DNA of 20,571 nucleotides from positions 1 through 20,571 of the forward strand of contig CAYPLO010000019.1 of NCBI GenBank assembly GCA_964411615.1, written 5' to 3'. Made by a program: the position numbers and the translations under genes. The notes beneath the pieces are model-generated. The model saw only the letters and a list, made by a program, of their open reading frames with translations. It was not told the origin of the DNA and searched no databases. This DNA is from an uncultured Aquificales bacterium (lineage in GTDB: Bacteria > Thermosulfidibacterota > Thermosulfidibacteria > Thermosulfidibacterales > Thermosulfidibacteraceae). Shown here piece by piece: positions 8,009 through 17,382 of this stretch. Position 1 is the stretch's first letter, and every line of letters starts with the position of its first letter.

Positions 8009-8075
8009 CACACCCTCCCTAACAAGTTTTTACACACAACCACCTATCGGAACCTAACCTCAACCTCCGATGTTC

Positions 8076-8104
8076 TGGATAGCAAAAACAACCGGCGTTG
8101 TCAA
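8076..8104 (-). promoter_or_regulatory. Putative sigma70 promoter of the CoA-transferase operon
   Basis: Minus strand perfect TTGACA (8104-8099), 17-bp spacer ending in TGC (extended -10), then TATCCA (8081-8076). Confidence 0.65.
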
Positions 8105-8267
8105 GAGAAAACGAAAAGGTTTACCAAAAATCCAGAGGATTATTCACCATTATAAGATATTGCAGAGTATGACTTTTCTTATTTCAGTATCGCTAACATT
8201 ATTTTAATACGAATTTCTACCATTAAGTGATTGCATGCTATATTAACATTGTTCTGCTGAGCAAGAT

Positions 8268-8297
8268 TTGCAGAGGGCCAGGAAGCATGGCTATTAT
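8268..8297 (+). promoter_or_regulatory. Putative promoter of the GNAT gene
   Basis: TTGCAG (8268-8273), 18 bp, TATTAT (8292-8297), followed by a GGAGG SD and ATG 8315. Confidence 0.4.
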
Positions 8298-8314
8298 AGA
8301 AAGCGGAGGGGAAG

Positions 8315-8872
8315 ATGACGGTGGAGCAGGTGCTGGAGAGGTTTCCGGAAGAGGTAAGTTTAAGGGACGGCAGTAAAGTCGTGGTGAGGCCTCTGCTTAA
8401 GGATGATGTCCAGAGGCTACTCAGATTCTTCAGGGAAGAGGTGCTTGAAGAAGATATAGCCTTCCTCAAGGACGACGTTAAAAGCGAAGAGGTTATCGGC
8501 AGGTGGTGTAGCCACCTGGATTACGGAAGGGTCCTGCCCTTGGTGGCCATTAAGGAGGATAGAATCGTAGCAAACGCCTCCCTGCACATGAGGGGATTTG
8601 GATGGGCGAAATACGTGGGGAAGGTGAGGATAACCACATCCTTCAGACACAGGAGGAAGGGGCTCGGAAGTCAGATGCTCAAGATTATAGAGGAGATTGC
8701 AAGAGAGCTTATGCTGGAAAGATTATGGGCGGAGATGATTGTGGGAGCCCAGGATGCGGCGATAAAACTATTTGAGAAGGCGGGCTACAGCTGCGAGGGG
8801 GTTCTCAAGAGAATTGCCACAGACCCTTCAGGCAACAGGTACGACCTTGCCATCTACATCAAGAGGCTTTAG
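8315..8872 (+). CDS. GNAT-family N-acetyltransferase resembling a stand-alone Pat-type GNAT domain
   Basis: [15 protein letters not shown]...[15 protein letters not shown], acetyl-CoA motif [19 protein letters not shown]. Confidence 0.85.
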   Translation: MTVEQVLERFPEEVSLRDGSKVVVRPLLKDDVQRLLRFFREEVLEEDIAFLKDDVKSEEVIGRWCSHLDYGRVLPLVAIKEDRIVANASLHMRGFGWAKYVGKVRITTSFRHRRKGLGSQMLKIIEEIARELMLERLWAEMIVGAQDAAIKLFEKAGYSCEGVLKRIATDPSGNRYDLAIYIKRL

Positions 8873-9050
8873 ACTCCCACTGGTCAAGGGGGATGGCCTC
8901 CTCAACCAGCATCACCGGTATACCATCCTCAACCCTGTACACAAGGGCACAGGCCCTGCATATGAAGACCTCAGGTTTCTCCCTATACTCAAGGTCCCCC
9001 TTGCACTTGGGACAGACCAGTATCTTTCTTAGCTCCTCAGGCACGGGCAT
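8859..9050 (-). CDS. Trm112-like (UPF0434/YcaR family) protein
   Basis: [14 protein letters not shown]...[20 protein letters not shown] signature. Confidence 0.9.
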   Translation of the reverse strand: MPVPEELRKILVCPKCKGDLEYREKPEVFICRACALVYRVEDGIPVMLVEEAIPLDQWESKAS

Positions 9051-9970
9051 CAGACACCTCCCCCCACCACGCTACCCACAACCACAGGCCTGCTGTTCCT
9101 GTAAACATAGCAGGTGCTTGTGGTCTGTTCAGTCTTGAGAACCACTAAGGAACCAACCTCCCTGCCCCAGGGCTCCACGTAGATACGCAACAGAGACCCC
9201 GGAGATAGACCGTCCTTCTTACCAAGGTTCACAAGAACAACGTCTCCCATGCCCGCAACGTCTCTACCCTCCTGCAATCCCACAACCCTGCCCCTCACCT
9301 TTCTGGCTACGGGCCTGAATCCGTATATGGGCTCGGGTATCCTGAAGGCGGTCAGGTAATCGCCTGCCATAACAGACTCAATGCCCTTAAGCAGCCTGAC
9401 AAGGGCCTTATCCTTCTTTACCTTCTCCACCCTGACTATTCCTAAGTTCTGGATGAGATAGCCGAGGGACTTTCCGGTCTCGGGGTCCTCAAAGTCCCTG
9501 CTAAGAACCCTGAATACGAGAAGCACATCCCCCTCAGACACTCCCCTCTCAAGAGCAACCTCAAACCTGTCCCCCTTACTGTATATGGTCTTTTCCGGGT
9601 CAAAGGGCTCCCTGGACACCTCCCCCACAATCTCAGGCATGCTGGGGGTCAGGTAGGGAACAAACAGCTGAAGCTCCCAGCTGAAGACAGGCTTTTTGAC
9701 CTTCTTCTCCTCTATGAAACCGCCCGACAGACGGGCCCTTACCTCCTCCACAGAGGGTATAATCAGCCTCTGACCGGGGTATATCCAGTGGGGATTTTTG
9801 ATACTTTTAGAATTTTTCTCCCATATGAACTGCCAGTAGGCGGGATTGCCGTAGAACCTCTGGGAGATAGACCAGAGGGTGTCCCCCTCCCTAACCACAT
9901 AGCCTGTAGCGGAAAGGGCCACACCTCCAAGAAGCACAAGGAAAAACGCCAATAACGCCTCCCTTCTCAT
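9050..9970 (-). CDS. Exported LysM-domain protein (TsaP-like architecture)
   Basis: Signal peptide, LysM domain ([24 protein letters not shown]...[16 protein letters not shown]), and two beta-rich domains ([21 protein letters not shown]). Confidence 0.85.
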   Translation of the reverse strand: MRREALLAFFLVLLGGVALSATGYVVREGDTLWSISQRFYGNPAYWQFIWEKNSKSIKNPHWIYPGQRLIIPSVEEVRARLSGGFIEEKKVKKPVFSWELQLFVPYLTPSMPEIVGEVSREPFDPEKTIYSKGDRFEVALERGVSEGDVLLVFRVLSRDFEDPETGKSLGYLIQNLGIVRVEKVKKDKALVRLLKGIESVMAGDYLTAFRIPEPIYGFRPVARKVRGRVVGLQEGRDVAGMGDVVLVNLGKKDGLSPGSLLRIYVEPWGREVGSLVVLKTEQTTSTCYVYRNSRPVVVGSVVGGGV

Positions 9971-10527
9971 CCTCTACCCCCTCCCCCAGAACCACACTTT
10001 TTGCCTATCCTACCAACCCTGCATTTAAGAAGCAAAGCCTTGTAGTAGGCGCTACAGAAGAAGGGGGAGTCGGGGTAGTCCTTCATGAAGGACTTGAGCA
10101 CCGAGCACGCAGCCCTCCTCTTCTTGAGTCTGTAAAGGGAATCTGCCAGAAGCAGCTTAGCCTGCTGGTTAAGATATCTATCTCTGTAGTTTGCGATGAA
10201 CAGGGATAGCTCCTTGACAGCCCTCCTGTAGTCCCCCCGATACCATGAGAGGTAGGCCTTTGTGTAGGCCCTGCCCATGGGAGAGGAGAAGACCACCTCC
10301 TCCCTCCTCTTTGAAAACTTCTCCAGGTTCTTGACAGCCCTGTCCAGCAGGTCCCACCTGCTAAGGGCCTCGTCAAGCATCTCCTCCACCAGCTTCTGCC
10401 TCTGCTCAAGCACCTCCATACGCTTCTGGCACCGGGCTATCTCCTCCCTGAGCTGGGCCGTTCTAACCTCCGTGGTGCTCTGACAGGAGACGAGAAACAG
10501 AAGGAGAAAGGCGACAAGTATCCTCAA
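9967..10527 (-). CDS. Lipoprotein with coiled coil and TPR, CpoB/YbgF-like
   Basis: Lipobox LVSC, heptad region, then TPR-like helices ([35 protein letters not shown]). TTG start overlaps the proS stop. Confidence 0.7.
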   Translation of the reverse strand: MRILVAFLLLFLVSCQSTTEVRTAQLREEIARCQKRMEVLEQRQKLVEEMLDEALSRWDLLDRAVKNLEKFSKRREEVVFSSPMGRAYTKAYLSWYRGDYRRAVKELSLFIANYRDRYLNQQAKLLLADSLYRLKKRRAACSVLKSFMKDYPDSPFFCSAYYKALLLKCRVGRIGKKCGSGGGGRG

Positions 10528-12254
10528 GGCTCAAGCTCCCTGTGAAGCATCTCCCTGAGCTCTGCAACCTTTGAGGCCGCCTCGGAGACAGAGACCACCT
10601 GCGTCTCCCCACTGTCCCTGAGCCTGAGCTCAACTTTGCCCTCTTTAACCCTCCTCTCCCCCACAGTTAGCCTTATGGGGATACCCACCAGGTCCGCATC
10701 CTTGAACTTGAACCCCGCCCTCTCGTCCCTGTCGTCGTAGAGGACCTCCAGACCCTTCCCAAGCAACTCCCCGTAGAGCCTCTCCGAAACCTCCCTCACG
10801 TTCCCGTCCTTCATATTGGTGGCGAGAAGATACACCTCAAAGGGGGCTATGCTTATGGGCCACTTTATCCCGTTGTCGTCGTGCCTCTGCTCAACAGCGG
10901 CCGCTGCAATCCTGGTCACCCCTATACCGTAGCACCCCATTATGAAGGGCTTCTCCTTGCCGTCCTCATCAAGAAAGGTGGCGTTCATGGCCTCGCTGTA
11001 CTTGGTCCCCAGCTTGAATATGTGCCCCACCTCTATACCCCTTGAGAACCTCAGGGGGGCACCACACTTGGGACAGAGGTCCCCCTCCTCTGCAAAGACT
11101 ATATCGGCGTACGTATCCACCTTGAAGTGGACCCCCGGTGTGATGTTGACCAGATGGTAGTCTTCCTCGTTGGCACCGGAAATCAGGTTTACCCGCCCCT
11201 CAAGGGTCCTGTCGGCAACCACCGTAACGGGCTTTCTCAGCCCACAGGGGCCCACAAACCCCACAGAGGCACCGGCTATCTCAAACACCTCATCGGGATA
11301 TGCCATCTCAACAGATTCAGCCCCAACAGCCCTTGCAGCCTTGGCCTCGTTCAGCTCCCTGTGGCCAGGGACAAGAAAGAGCACAAACCTGCCGTCGGAG
11401 GTCCTGTATATGAGGGACTTGATGAGTCTGTCGGGGGAGACCCCTAGAAAGCCGCTAACCTCATCTATGGTGCGAACATCGGGGGTGTGCACCTTTTCAG
11501 GCTCCTTAATCTTTTCGGAGGTTTGGACAGGCTCCCACCTGAAGGAGGCCCTCTCCCTGTTGGCGGCATACCCGCAACCCTCGCAGAAGACTATCACATC
11601 CTCGCCGTTCTCCGCCCAGACCATAAACTCATGGGACACATCCCCCCCTATGGCACCGGTTTCGGCCTCAACCACCACAAAGTCCAGTCCACAGCGCTTA
11701 AATATCCTGCAGTAGGCCTCGTACATGCTCTGATAGGAGGCCTCCAGACCCTCCCAGTCCCTGTCAAAGGAGTAGGCGTCCTTCATGATGAACTCTCTGG
11801 CCCTTATGAGTCCGAAGCGGGGACGGGCCTCATCCCTGAACTTTATGTGTATCTGATAGAGGTTCAGGGGAAGCTGCCTGTAGGAACGGACCTCCCCCCT
11901 GACGAGGTCCACTATCACCTCCTCGTGGGTGGGACCGAGGCAGAAGTCCCTCTGGTTCCTGTCCTTAAACCTCAAAAGCTCCTTACCAAAAACGTTCCAC
12001 CTGCCCGACTCCTGCCAAAGTTCCGCAGGCTGAACCACGGGAAGAAAGACCTCATGGGCACCTGCAGCGTCCATCTCCTCCCTGACTATCTCTATTATCT
12101 TCCTAACAGTCCTCCACCCCAAGGGGAGGAAGGAGTATATGCCAGCTGCCAGCTTCCTGACCATGCCGGCCCTGAGCATGTACTGGTGGCTTGGTATCTC
12201 AGCTTCAGAGGGCTTCTCCTTCAGGGTGGGCATGTAGTACCTGGTCAACCTCAT
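10524..12254 (-). CDS. proS: Proline--tRNA ligase (bacterial type with INS editing domain)
   Basis: [72 protein letters not shown] and DDRDER.G.KFKDADL.G motifs. ATG 12254 has a GGGGAG SD. Confidence 0.98.
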   Translation of the reverse strand: MRLTRYYMPTLKEKPSEAEIPSHQYMLRAGMVRKLAAGIYSFLPLGWRTVRKIIEIVREEMDAAGAHEVFLPVVQPAELWQESGRWNVFGKELLRFKDRNQRDFCLGPTHEEVIVDLVRGEVRSYRQLPLNLYQIHIKFRDEARPRFGLIRAREFIMKDAYSFDRDWEGLEASYQSMYEAYCRIFKRCGLDFVVVEAETGAIGGDVSHEFMVWAENGEDVIVFCEGCGYAANRERASFRWEPVQTSEKIKEPEKVHTPDVRTIDEVSGFLGVSPDRLIKSLIYRTSDGRFVLFLVPGHRELNEAKAARAVGAESVEMAYPDEVFEIAGASVGFVGPCGLRKPVTVVADRTLEGRVNLISGANEEDYHLVNITPGVHFKVDTYADIVFAEEGDLCPKCGAPLRFSRGIEVGHIFKLGTKYSEAMNATFLDEDGKEKPFIMGCYGIGVTRIAAAAVEQRHDDNGIKWPISIAPFEVYLLATNMKDGNVREVSERLYGELLGKGLEVLYDDRDERAGFKFKDADLVGIPIRLTVGERRVKEGKVELRLRDSGETQVVSVSEAASKVAELREMLHRELEP

Positions 12255-12264
12255 GCTCTCCCCC

Positions 12265-12507
12265 CTAAAGGTCCTCGTCAAGGCCGCCGTAGTCCCTCAT
12301 ATCCATCTCCTCGGCGGTGTACATGGCCTCAAGGGCCCTGCTCATCAAATCCCCTAAGGACCTGAGCTTCTCCACCCTGTCCATAATCTCCTCAAGGGTA
12401 TCGGGAACCCCCTGTTTGACTATGTGGCGGCAGGCGTTCACCACGTATATGAGGGACAGCTCAGAGTACATGTTGAGGGTCTCCTTAAGCAGGTCACTTC
12501 CGGGCAT
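12265..12507 (-). CDS. Small acidic helical hypothetical protein
   Basis: 80 aa filling the mutL-proS gap. TGATG coupling with the mutL stop and AGGAGG upstream. Confidence 0.65.
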   Translation of the reverse strand: MPGSDLLKETLNMYSELSLIYVVNACRHIVKQGVPDTLEEIMDRVEKLRSLGDLMSRALEAMYTAEEMDMRDYGGLDEDL

Positions 12508-14075
12508 CACAACCTCCTCTTAAATAGAGAATCTATCTCTCCCTTTTTGAGCTTCACTACCACAGGCCTGCCATGGGGACAAGTAAGGTCCTCCCCCAGT
12601 CTCTCCAGAAGTCTGGCCACGTAATCGGCATCAGGGGGTCTGAGGACGTCCCCCGCCTTAACGGCGGCCCTGCAGGCGATACGGGCCACCTCCACATGGG
12701 ATGGGCTGGCAGCAGCCTCCGCCTCAAGCTCGGACAGGATGTTCCTTACTATTCGCATCTCGGAGCCATAGGCCCACTTAGGAACAGCGGTTATAGCCCC
12801 TTCCTCAACCTCAAAACCTATACGCTCCAGAACATCCCTGTATCTCAGCATCCCCTCATCAAGGGGGATGAAGACCTTAACAGAGGCGGAGGTGCCCTCA
12901 ATCACAGAATCGTATATGAGCCTCTCGTGCAAGGCATGCTTATCAACAATAAGCAGCTGATTCTCCTCTGCATCCTCAAAGAGCATGTAAACACCGAAGG
13001 CCTCGCCCAAAAACCTGTATCTGAGAGATGCCTCCAGCCCCTGGAGACTCGCCTGCTGAGAGGACATGTAAGAGACATCCACCCTCTCAGCCACAGAAGG
13101 TGTATAGCTATCCGGTGCATAGGAGTAGCTCCTTCTGCATGCCTTACCAAGTACATCCTCCACGGCAGAGTACACCCTCTGCCTATCCCTGAACCGGACC
13201 TCACGCTTGGTGGGATGGACGTTCACATCCACATCCTTAGGGTCAATCTCCAGAAACAGGACCGCTGTGGGTATGGAGTCCGAAGAGAAGCGCTGTTTCA
13301 AGGCACCCCTTACCAGGTAGGCCAGGCCCCTGTCCTGTACGGCCCTTCCGTTAACAAAGAGCATAAGCTCGCCTTCTCCGTTGTCCACCAGAATGAGCCT
13401 GGCCAAAGAGGACTCACTCTCTCCAAGCACGCTGCCCCTAAGGACATCGGCTATTCTCTCCTCAAGGGGTGCCGGTGATAGGCTCCACAGGGGTTCTCCA
13501 TCCTCGGCGTAGCTGAAGGAGATGGAAGGGTATGCCACCGAGTACTCCTTAAACACCCTCCTCACATGCTCCTGCTCAATCCTTTTGGATTTGAGAAAAC
13601 GCCTCCTGGCCCTGAGGTTGAAGAAGAGGTTCTCCACAGTGACGGTGGTTCCCTGGGTATCCCTGTAGACCTTATCCACACCCTTCAGCAGGCCGCCGTG
13701 TATCCTCAACCTTGTGGCAGTATCATCGGAGGCGGTGCGGGTGATGAGGGTGAACATGGAGACGGAGGATATGGCGTAAAGGGCCTCCCCCCTGAAGCCA
13801 AGGGTGGATATGGCCTCCAGGTCCCTTTCAGAGGAGACCTTGCTGGTGGTGTGTCTCTCAACGGCCACCAGGGCCTCCTCCTCGGTCATACCGCAACCGT
13901 CATCCCACACCTCCACCAGGGACCTGCCGCCGTCCCCAAGGGAGACGGAGATACGGGTGGCCCCCGCATCTATGGCGTTCTCAATCAGCTCCTTGACAAC
14001 AGAGGCGGGACGCTCAACCACCTCACCGGCGGCTATGCGGCTGACTATATGGGGCGGGAGCCTCTTTATCCTCAT
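12507..14075 (-). CDS. mutL: DNA mismatch repair endonuclease MutL (compact)
   Basis: IAAGEVVERPASVVKELIENAIDAGA, DDGCGM, RHTTSK, TLGFRGEAL and DVNVHPTKREVRF. C-terminal DKHALHER, ACR, CPHGRP and FKR motifs. Confidence 0.96.
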   Translation of the reverse strand: MRIKRLPPHIVSRIAAGEVVERPASVVKELIENAIDAGATRISVSLGDGGRSLVEVWDDGCGMTEEEALVAVERHTTSKVSSERDLEAISTLGFRGEALYAISSVSMFTLITRTASDDTATRLRIHGGLLKGVDKVYRDTQGTTVTVENLFFNLRARRRFLKSKRIEQEHVRRVFKEYSVAYPSISFSYAEDGEPLWSLSPAPLEERIADVLRGSVLGESESSLARLILVDNGEGELMLFVNGRAVQDRGLAYLVRGALKQRFSSDSIPTAVLFLEIDPKDVDVNVHPTKREVRFRDRQRVYSAVEDVLGKACRRSYSYAPDSYTPSVAERVDVSYMSSQQASLQGLEASLRYRFLGEAFGVYMLFEDAEENQLLIVDKHALHERLIYDSVIEGTSASVKVFIPLDEGMLRYRDVLERIGFEVEEGAITAVPKWAYGSEMRIVRNILSELEAEAAASPSHVEVARIACRAAVKAGDVLRPPDADYVARLLERLGEDLTCPHGRPVVVKLKKGEIDSLFKRRL

Positions 14076-14078
14076 AGG

Positions 14079-14795
14079 CTAAAGGCCAAGGTAGGCCTTC
14101 CTCACCTCATCCGATTGCTCAAGTTCCTCCCCGGTACCCTCCATAACGATGCGGCCCTCGGCCATAACGTAGGCCCAGTCTGTGAGCATGAGGGAGAGAT
14201 GCACGTTCTGCTCCACTAATAGCATGGTGACACCTTCATCACGGAGCCTCTTTATGGTCTCAAAGACCTCTATCACCAGCTTGGGGGCAAGACCCAAGCT
14301 GGGCTCATCAAGTATGAGTAGCTCCGGACAGGCCATGAGTCCCCTACCCAGGGCCACCATCTGCTGTTCACCGCCGGACATGGTTCCGGCCTTCTGATTC
14401 AGCCTCTCCTTGAGGCGGGGAAAGAGCTCAAGGACGAACTCAAGCCTCTCCTTCAGCTTAGGTCTGGCTCTCTTGGTGTAAGCCCCCATCTCCAGGTTCT
14501 CGTAAACCGTCATGTCGGGAAAGAGCATCCTTCCCTCTGGCACCATAACCAGCCCCAGCTCCGTCCGCCTGTGGGCGGGAAGTCCGGTTATATCCTCTCC
14601 GTTGAAGAGAATCCTCCCCTTCCACACGGGGATAACGCCGGTTATGGCCCTTAGCAGTGTGGTCTTACCGGAGCCGTTGGAGCCTATTATGGTTGTGAGC
14701 TTGCCCTTCAAGGCCTTCAGGCTCACATCCCACAGCACCTGAACCTCACCGTACCCCGCATCAAGGCCCTCAATTTGAAGAATAGCCTCAGCCAT
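14079..14795 (-). CDS. livF: Branched-chain amino acid-type ABC transporter ATPase (LivF-like)
   Basis: Walker A GSNGSGKTT, VPEGR.LF, MSGGEQQM, LDEPSLGLAP, LVEQN, V.KAYLG. Confidence 0.92.
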   Translation of the reverse strand: MAEAILQIEGLDAGYGEVQVLWDVSLKALKGKLTTIIGSNGSGKTTLLRAITGVIPVWKGRILFNGEDITGLPAHRRTELGLVMVPEGRMLFPDMTVYENLEMGAYTKRARPKLKERLEFVLELFPRLKERLNQKAGTMSGGEQQMVALGRGLMACPELLILDEPSLGLAPKLVIEVFETIKRLRDEGVTMLLVEQNVHLSLMLTDWAYVMAEGRIVMEGTGEELEQSDEVRKAYLGL

Positions 14796-15550
14796 CAGGC
14801 ATTACCCTCCTTCTTCACCAGCTTAAGGGCAAGGTCCGGGTCTCCCAGATAGGCCTCTATCACCTTGGGGTCGTTGGCCACTTCTTTAGGGGTCCCCTCG
14901 GCAATCTTCCTGCCGTAGTCCAGAACCACAATCCTGTCCGACACCTTCATTATGGCGTGCATCAGATGCTCTATCATGAGGATGGTTATCCCCTGCTCCT
15001 TTATGCCCGCTATAACCTCCAGCATCTCGTCAACCTCAGAAGGGTTGAGTCCTGCAAGCACCTCATCCAGCAGTATCACCTCAGGTCTTGAGGCAAGGGC
15101 CCTGGCAAGCTCAAGGCGCTTCTTCTGGGGAACGTTGAGCTTACCCGCAAGGGTTTCGGCCTTATCCGCCAGCTTCACCTGTTCCAGAACCTCCATGGCT
15201 ATCCGGGCGGCCTCCTTAAGCCCCGCATCCTCCTTCCCGAAGCAGGCCCCCACCATAACGTTCTCAAGAACGGTGAGCTCCTGGAGGGGCTTAACTATCT
15301 GATGGGTCCTCGCTATACCGAGTCTGGCTCTCTTGAACGGAGGCATCTTGGTTATATCCCTGTCCCTGAACCACACCCTTCCCTTCTCAGGGAGATAGAC
15401 ACCGCTTATAACGTTAAATAGAGTGGTCTTTCCAGCACCGTTGGGGCCTATAACCCCCAGTATCTCACCCTCCTCAACCTCAAAGGAGACGTCGTTTACG
15501 GCAACAAGGCCTCCAAACATCTTGGTGACGTTCTCAACCCTCAGTATCAT
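14795..15550 (-). CDS. livG: Branched-chain amino acid-type ABC transporter ATPase (LivG-like)
   Basis: [51 protein letters not shown]. Confidence 0.92.
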   Translation of the reverse strand: MILRVENVTKMFGGLVAVNDVSFEVEEGEILGVIGPNGAGKTTLFNVISGVYLPEKGRVWFRDRDITKMPPFKRARLGIARTHQIVKPLQELTVLENVMVGACFGKEDAGLKEAARIAMEVLEQVKLADKAETLAGKLNVPQKKRLELARALASRPEVILLDEVLAGLNPSEVDEMLEVIAGIKEQGITILMIEHLMHAIMKVSDRIVVLDYGRKIAEGTPKEVANDPKVIEAYLGDPDLALKLVKKEGNA

Positions 15551-16509
15551 TCCAGAACCCCTCTCAGCCTCTTGAATCTCTCCCTCACGTACCCCACTAT
15601 CCCTCCCGGGGCGAAGAGGACGATAATCAGAAGCACAAGGCCCGAGATGGCCATGTGCAGGTCCTTAAACAGAGGATTCACAAGGAGCATACCCTTGAGC
15701 CTCTCGTAAAGAACGGCCCCTATCACCGGGCCACTCACAGTCCCGTATCCCCCAAGCATCACCATGAATATCATCTCAATGGACTTAACCAGGTGGAAGG
15801 CGTCCTCAGGCTCAATGTTCCCCGCCTTGAAGAAGAAGATGGCCCCAACGAGTCCGGGGAAGAAGGCGGAGAAGGCGTAGGCGAGGCTCTTGAACCTCTT
15901 TGTATCCACCCCGAGGACCAAGGCGGCATCCTCATCCTCCCTTATGGAGAAGAGCCCCAGCCCGAACTTGGAGGTCTTTATGAGATAGGCCACAACCACG
16001 GTGATGACGGTCACAGCCGCCATCACGTAGTAGGCGAACCATATGGCCTTTGCGGCACCACCGTAGGCCCTGTATATCTTGAAGTTGAAGAACATACCCG
16101 TGGCTCCTCCCAGAAAGGAGAGGTTGGTGACCAGGGACTTGATGGCCTCGTTCACCCCGATGGTGGCTATGGCGAATATGGCGCCCCTGAGCCTCAGGAC
16201 AGCCTCTCCAACGGCCAGAGCCACAAGGGCTGCCATAACACCACCTGCCAGCATTGCAGGAATCAGGTGCAGCCCGAACCTGTGCATGAGGTAGAAGGCG
16301 GTGTAGCCCCCTATGCCGTAAAAGACTATATGGCCGAAGCTCACATACCCCGTGTAGCCCATGATGATGTTCAGGCTGGCAGCCAAGGTGATGTACATGA
16401 GGATTATAAAGACCGTCTCCCTGGCTATGACGGAATGGGTGAACACGGGAAACAGTGATAGCACTATAAGAACGGGAACCAGCCAGAAGATGGTGTAACC
16501 CTTCTTCAT
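15547..16509 (-). CDS. livM: Branched-chain amino acid-type ABC transporter permease (LivM-like)
   Basis: [63 protein letters not shown]. Confidence 0.92.
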   Translation of the reverse strand: MKKGYTIFWLVPVLIVLSLFPVFTHSVIARETVFIILMYITLAASLNIIMGYTGYVSFGHIVFYGIGGYTAFYLMHRFGLHLIPAMLAGGVMAALVALAVGEAVLRLRGAIFAIATIGVNEAIKSLVTNLSFLGGATGMFFNFKIYRAYGGAAKAIWFAYYVMAAVTVITVVVAYLIKTSKFGLGLFSIREDEDAALVLGVDTKRFKSLAYAFSAFFPGLVGAIFFFKAGNIEPEDAFHLVKSIEMIFMVMLGGYGTVSGPVIGAVLYERLKGMLLVNPLFKDLHMAISGLVLLIIVLFAPGGIVGYVRERFKRLRGVLE

Positions 16510-16512
16510 CGC

Positions 16513-17367
16513 CTACTCCTTTCCAAGAAGACCGGAGGGTTTAACGAGCAGGATAACCACAAGTATCAGAAACTCCAGAAAGGGCACGTAGCCCACGGGC
16601 ATCTTAAGGGTGAGCACGTTCTCAAGAAGTCCCAGCAGAAGACCACCGGCAAGGGCACCCAGGGGACTGCCCAGTCCACCAAGGACGCATATAACGAAGC
16701 TCTTGAGCTCGTATACCCCGCCGCTGAGGATGGTGAAGGGGAAGACAGCGGCTATCAACGCCCCCGCAACCATGGCCAAGGCTATCCCTATGCCAAAGGA
16801 AAGGGAAAGGATGAAGGTGGTGTTAACCCCCATGAACTTGGCGGCCACCTGGTTCATGGAGACAGCCCTGACGGCCTTGCCCGTCCAGGTCTTGTAGAGG
16901 AAGAGGTAGAGCAGGATGGTGAAGACAAGGGAATAGACACCCGTTAGCACCTTGGCCCAGGGCACATAGGCGCCGAAAATCTTCACAGAGCCAAGGCCCA
17001 CATCTATGGCCCTGGGGTTGGTGGTGAAGAGAAAGGTCCCGAGCCCTATTATTATGAGGCTCAGAGAATATGTGGAAAGAAGGGTGGAGAGCTCAGGGGC
17101 GTTTATAACCCTGTGAAGGGCTATAAAATAGGCCACCATACCCGCAACCACACCGAGAATAAGCACAAGAATCACAGAGAGGAAGGGGGAAAGCCCCAGG
17201 GCGTGAAAACCGAAGTAAGCCGCAAACATACCAAGGGCTATAAAGGCACCATGGGAGAGGTTTATCACCTTCATGACACCCCATATGAGGTTGAGGCCCA
17301 CGGCGGCAAGGCCGTAGGCCAACCCCAGGAGTATCCCGCTAACGACGGCGTTTATCCAGGCCTCCAC
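16513..17367 (-). CDS. livH: Branched-chain amino acid-type ABC transporter permease (LivH-like)
   Basis: YGLAAVGLNLIWGVMKVINLSHG, T..GKAVRAVS.N..AA..MGVN, VLGGLGS..GA..GG, KPSGLLG. GTG start. Confidence 0.92.
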   Translation of the reverse strand: MEAWINAVVSGILLGLAYGLAAVGLNLIWGVMKVINLSHGAFIALGMFAAYFGFHALGLSPFLSVILVLILGVVAGMVAYFIALHRVINAPELSTLLSTYSLSLIIIGLGTFLFTTNPRAIDVGLGSVKIFGAYVPWAKVLTGVYSLVFTILLYLFLYKTWTGKAVRAVSMNQVAAKFMGVNTTFILSLSFGIGIALAMVAGALIAAVFPFTILSGGVYELKSFVICVLGGLGSPLGALAGGLLLGLLENVLTLKMPVGYVPFLEFLILVVILLVKPSGLLGKE

Positions 17368-17382
17368 CTACCCTTACCCCCA

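Noticed and set aside
8179..8469. 96-aa minus-strand ORF across the intergenic region
   Set aside because: Ser-rich antisense of the GNAT gene running into AT-rich regulatory DNA.
125..8872. tRNA-anchored genomic island or mobile element carrying the CoA-transferase operon
   Set aside because: No integrase, transposase or att repeat seen. Housekeeping genes intervene and the codon style looks native.
12255..12281. Upstream proS start at 12281
   Set aside because: It overlaps the upstream gene. ATG 12254 has an SD and gives the typical MRLT/MRLS start.
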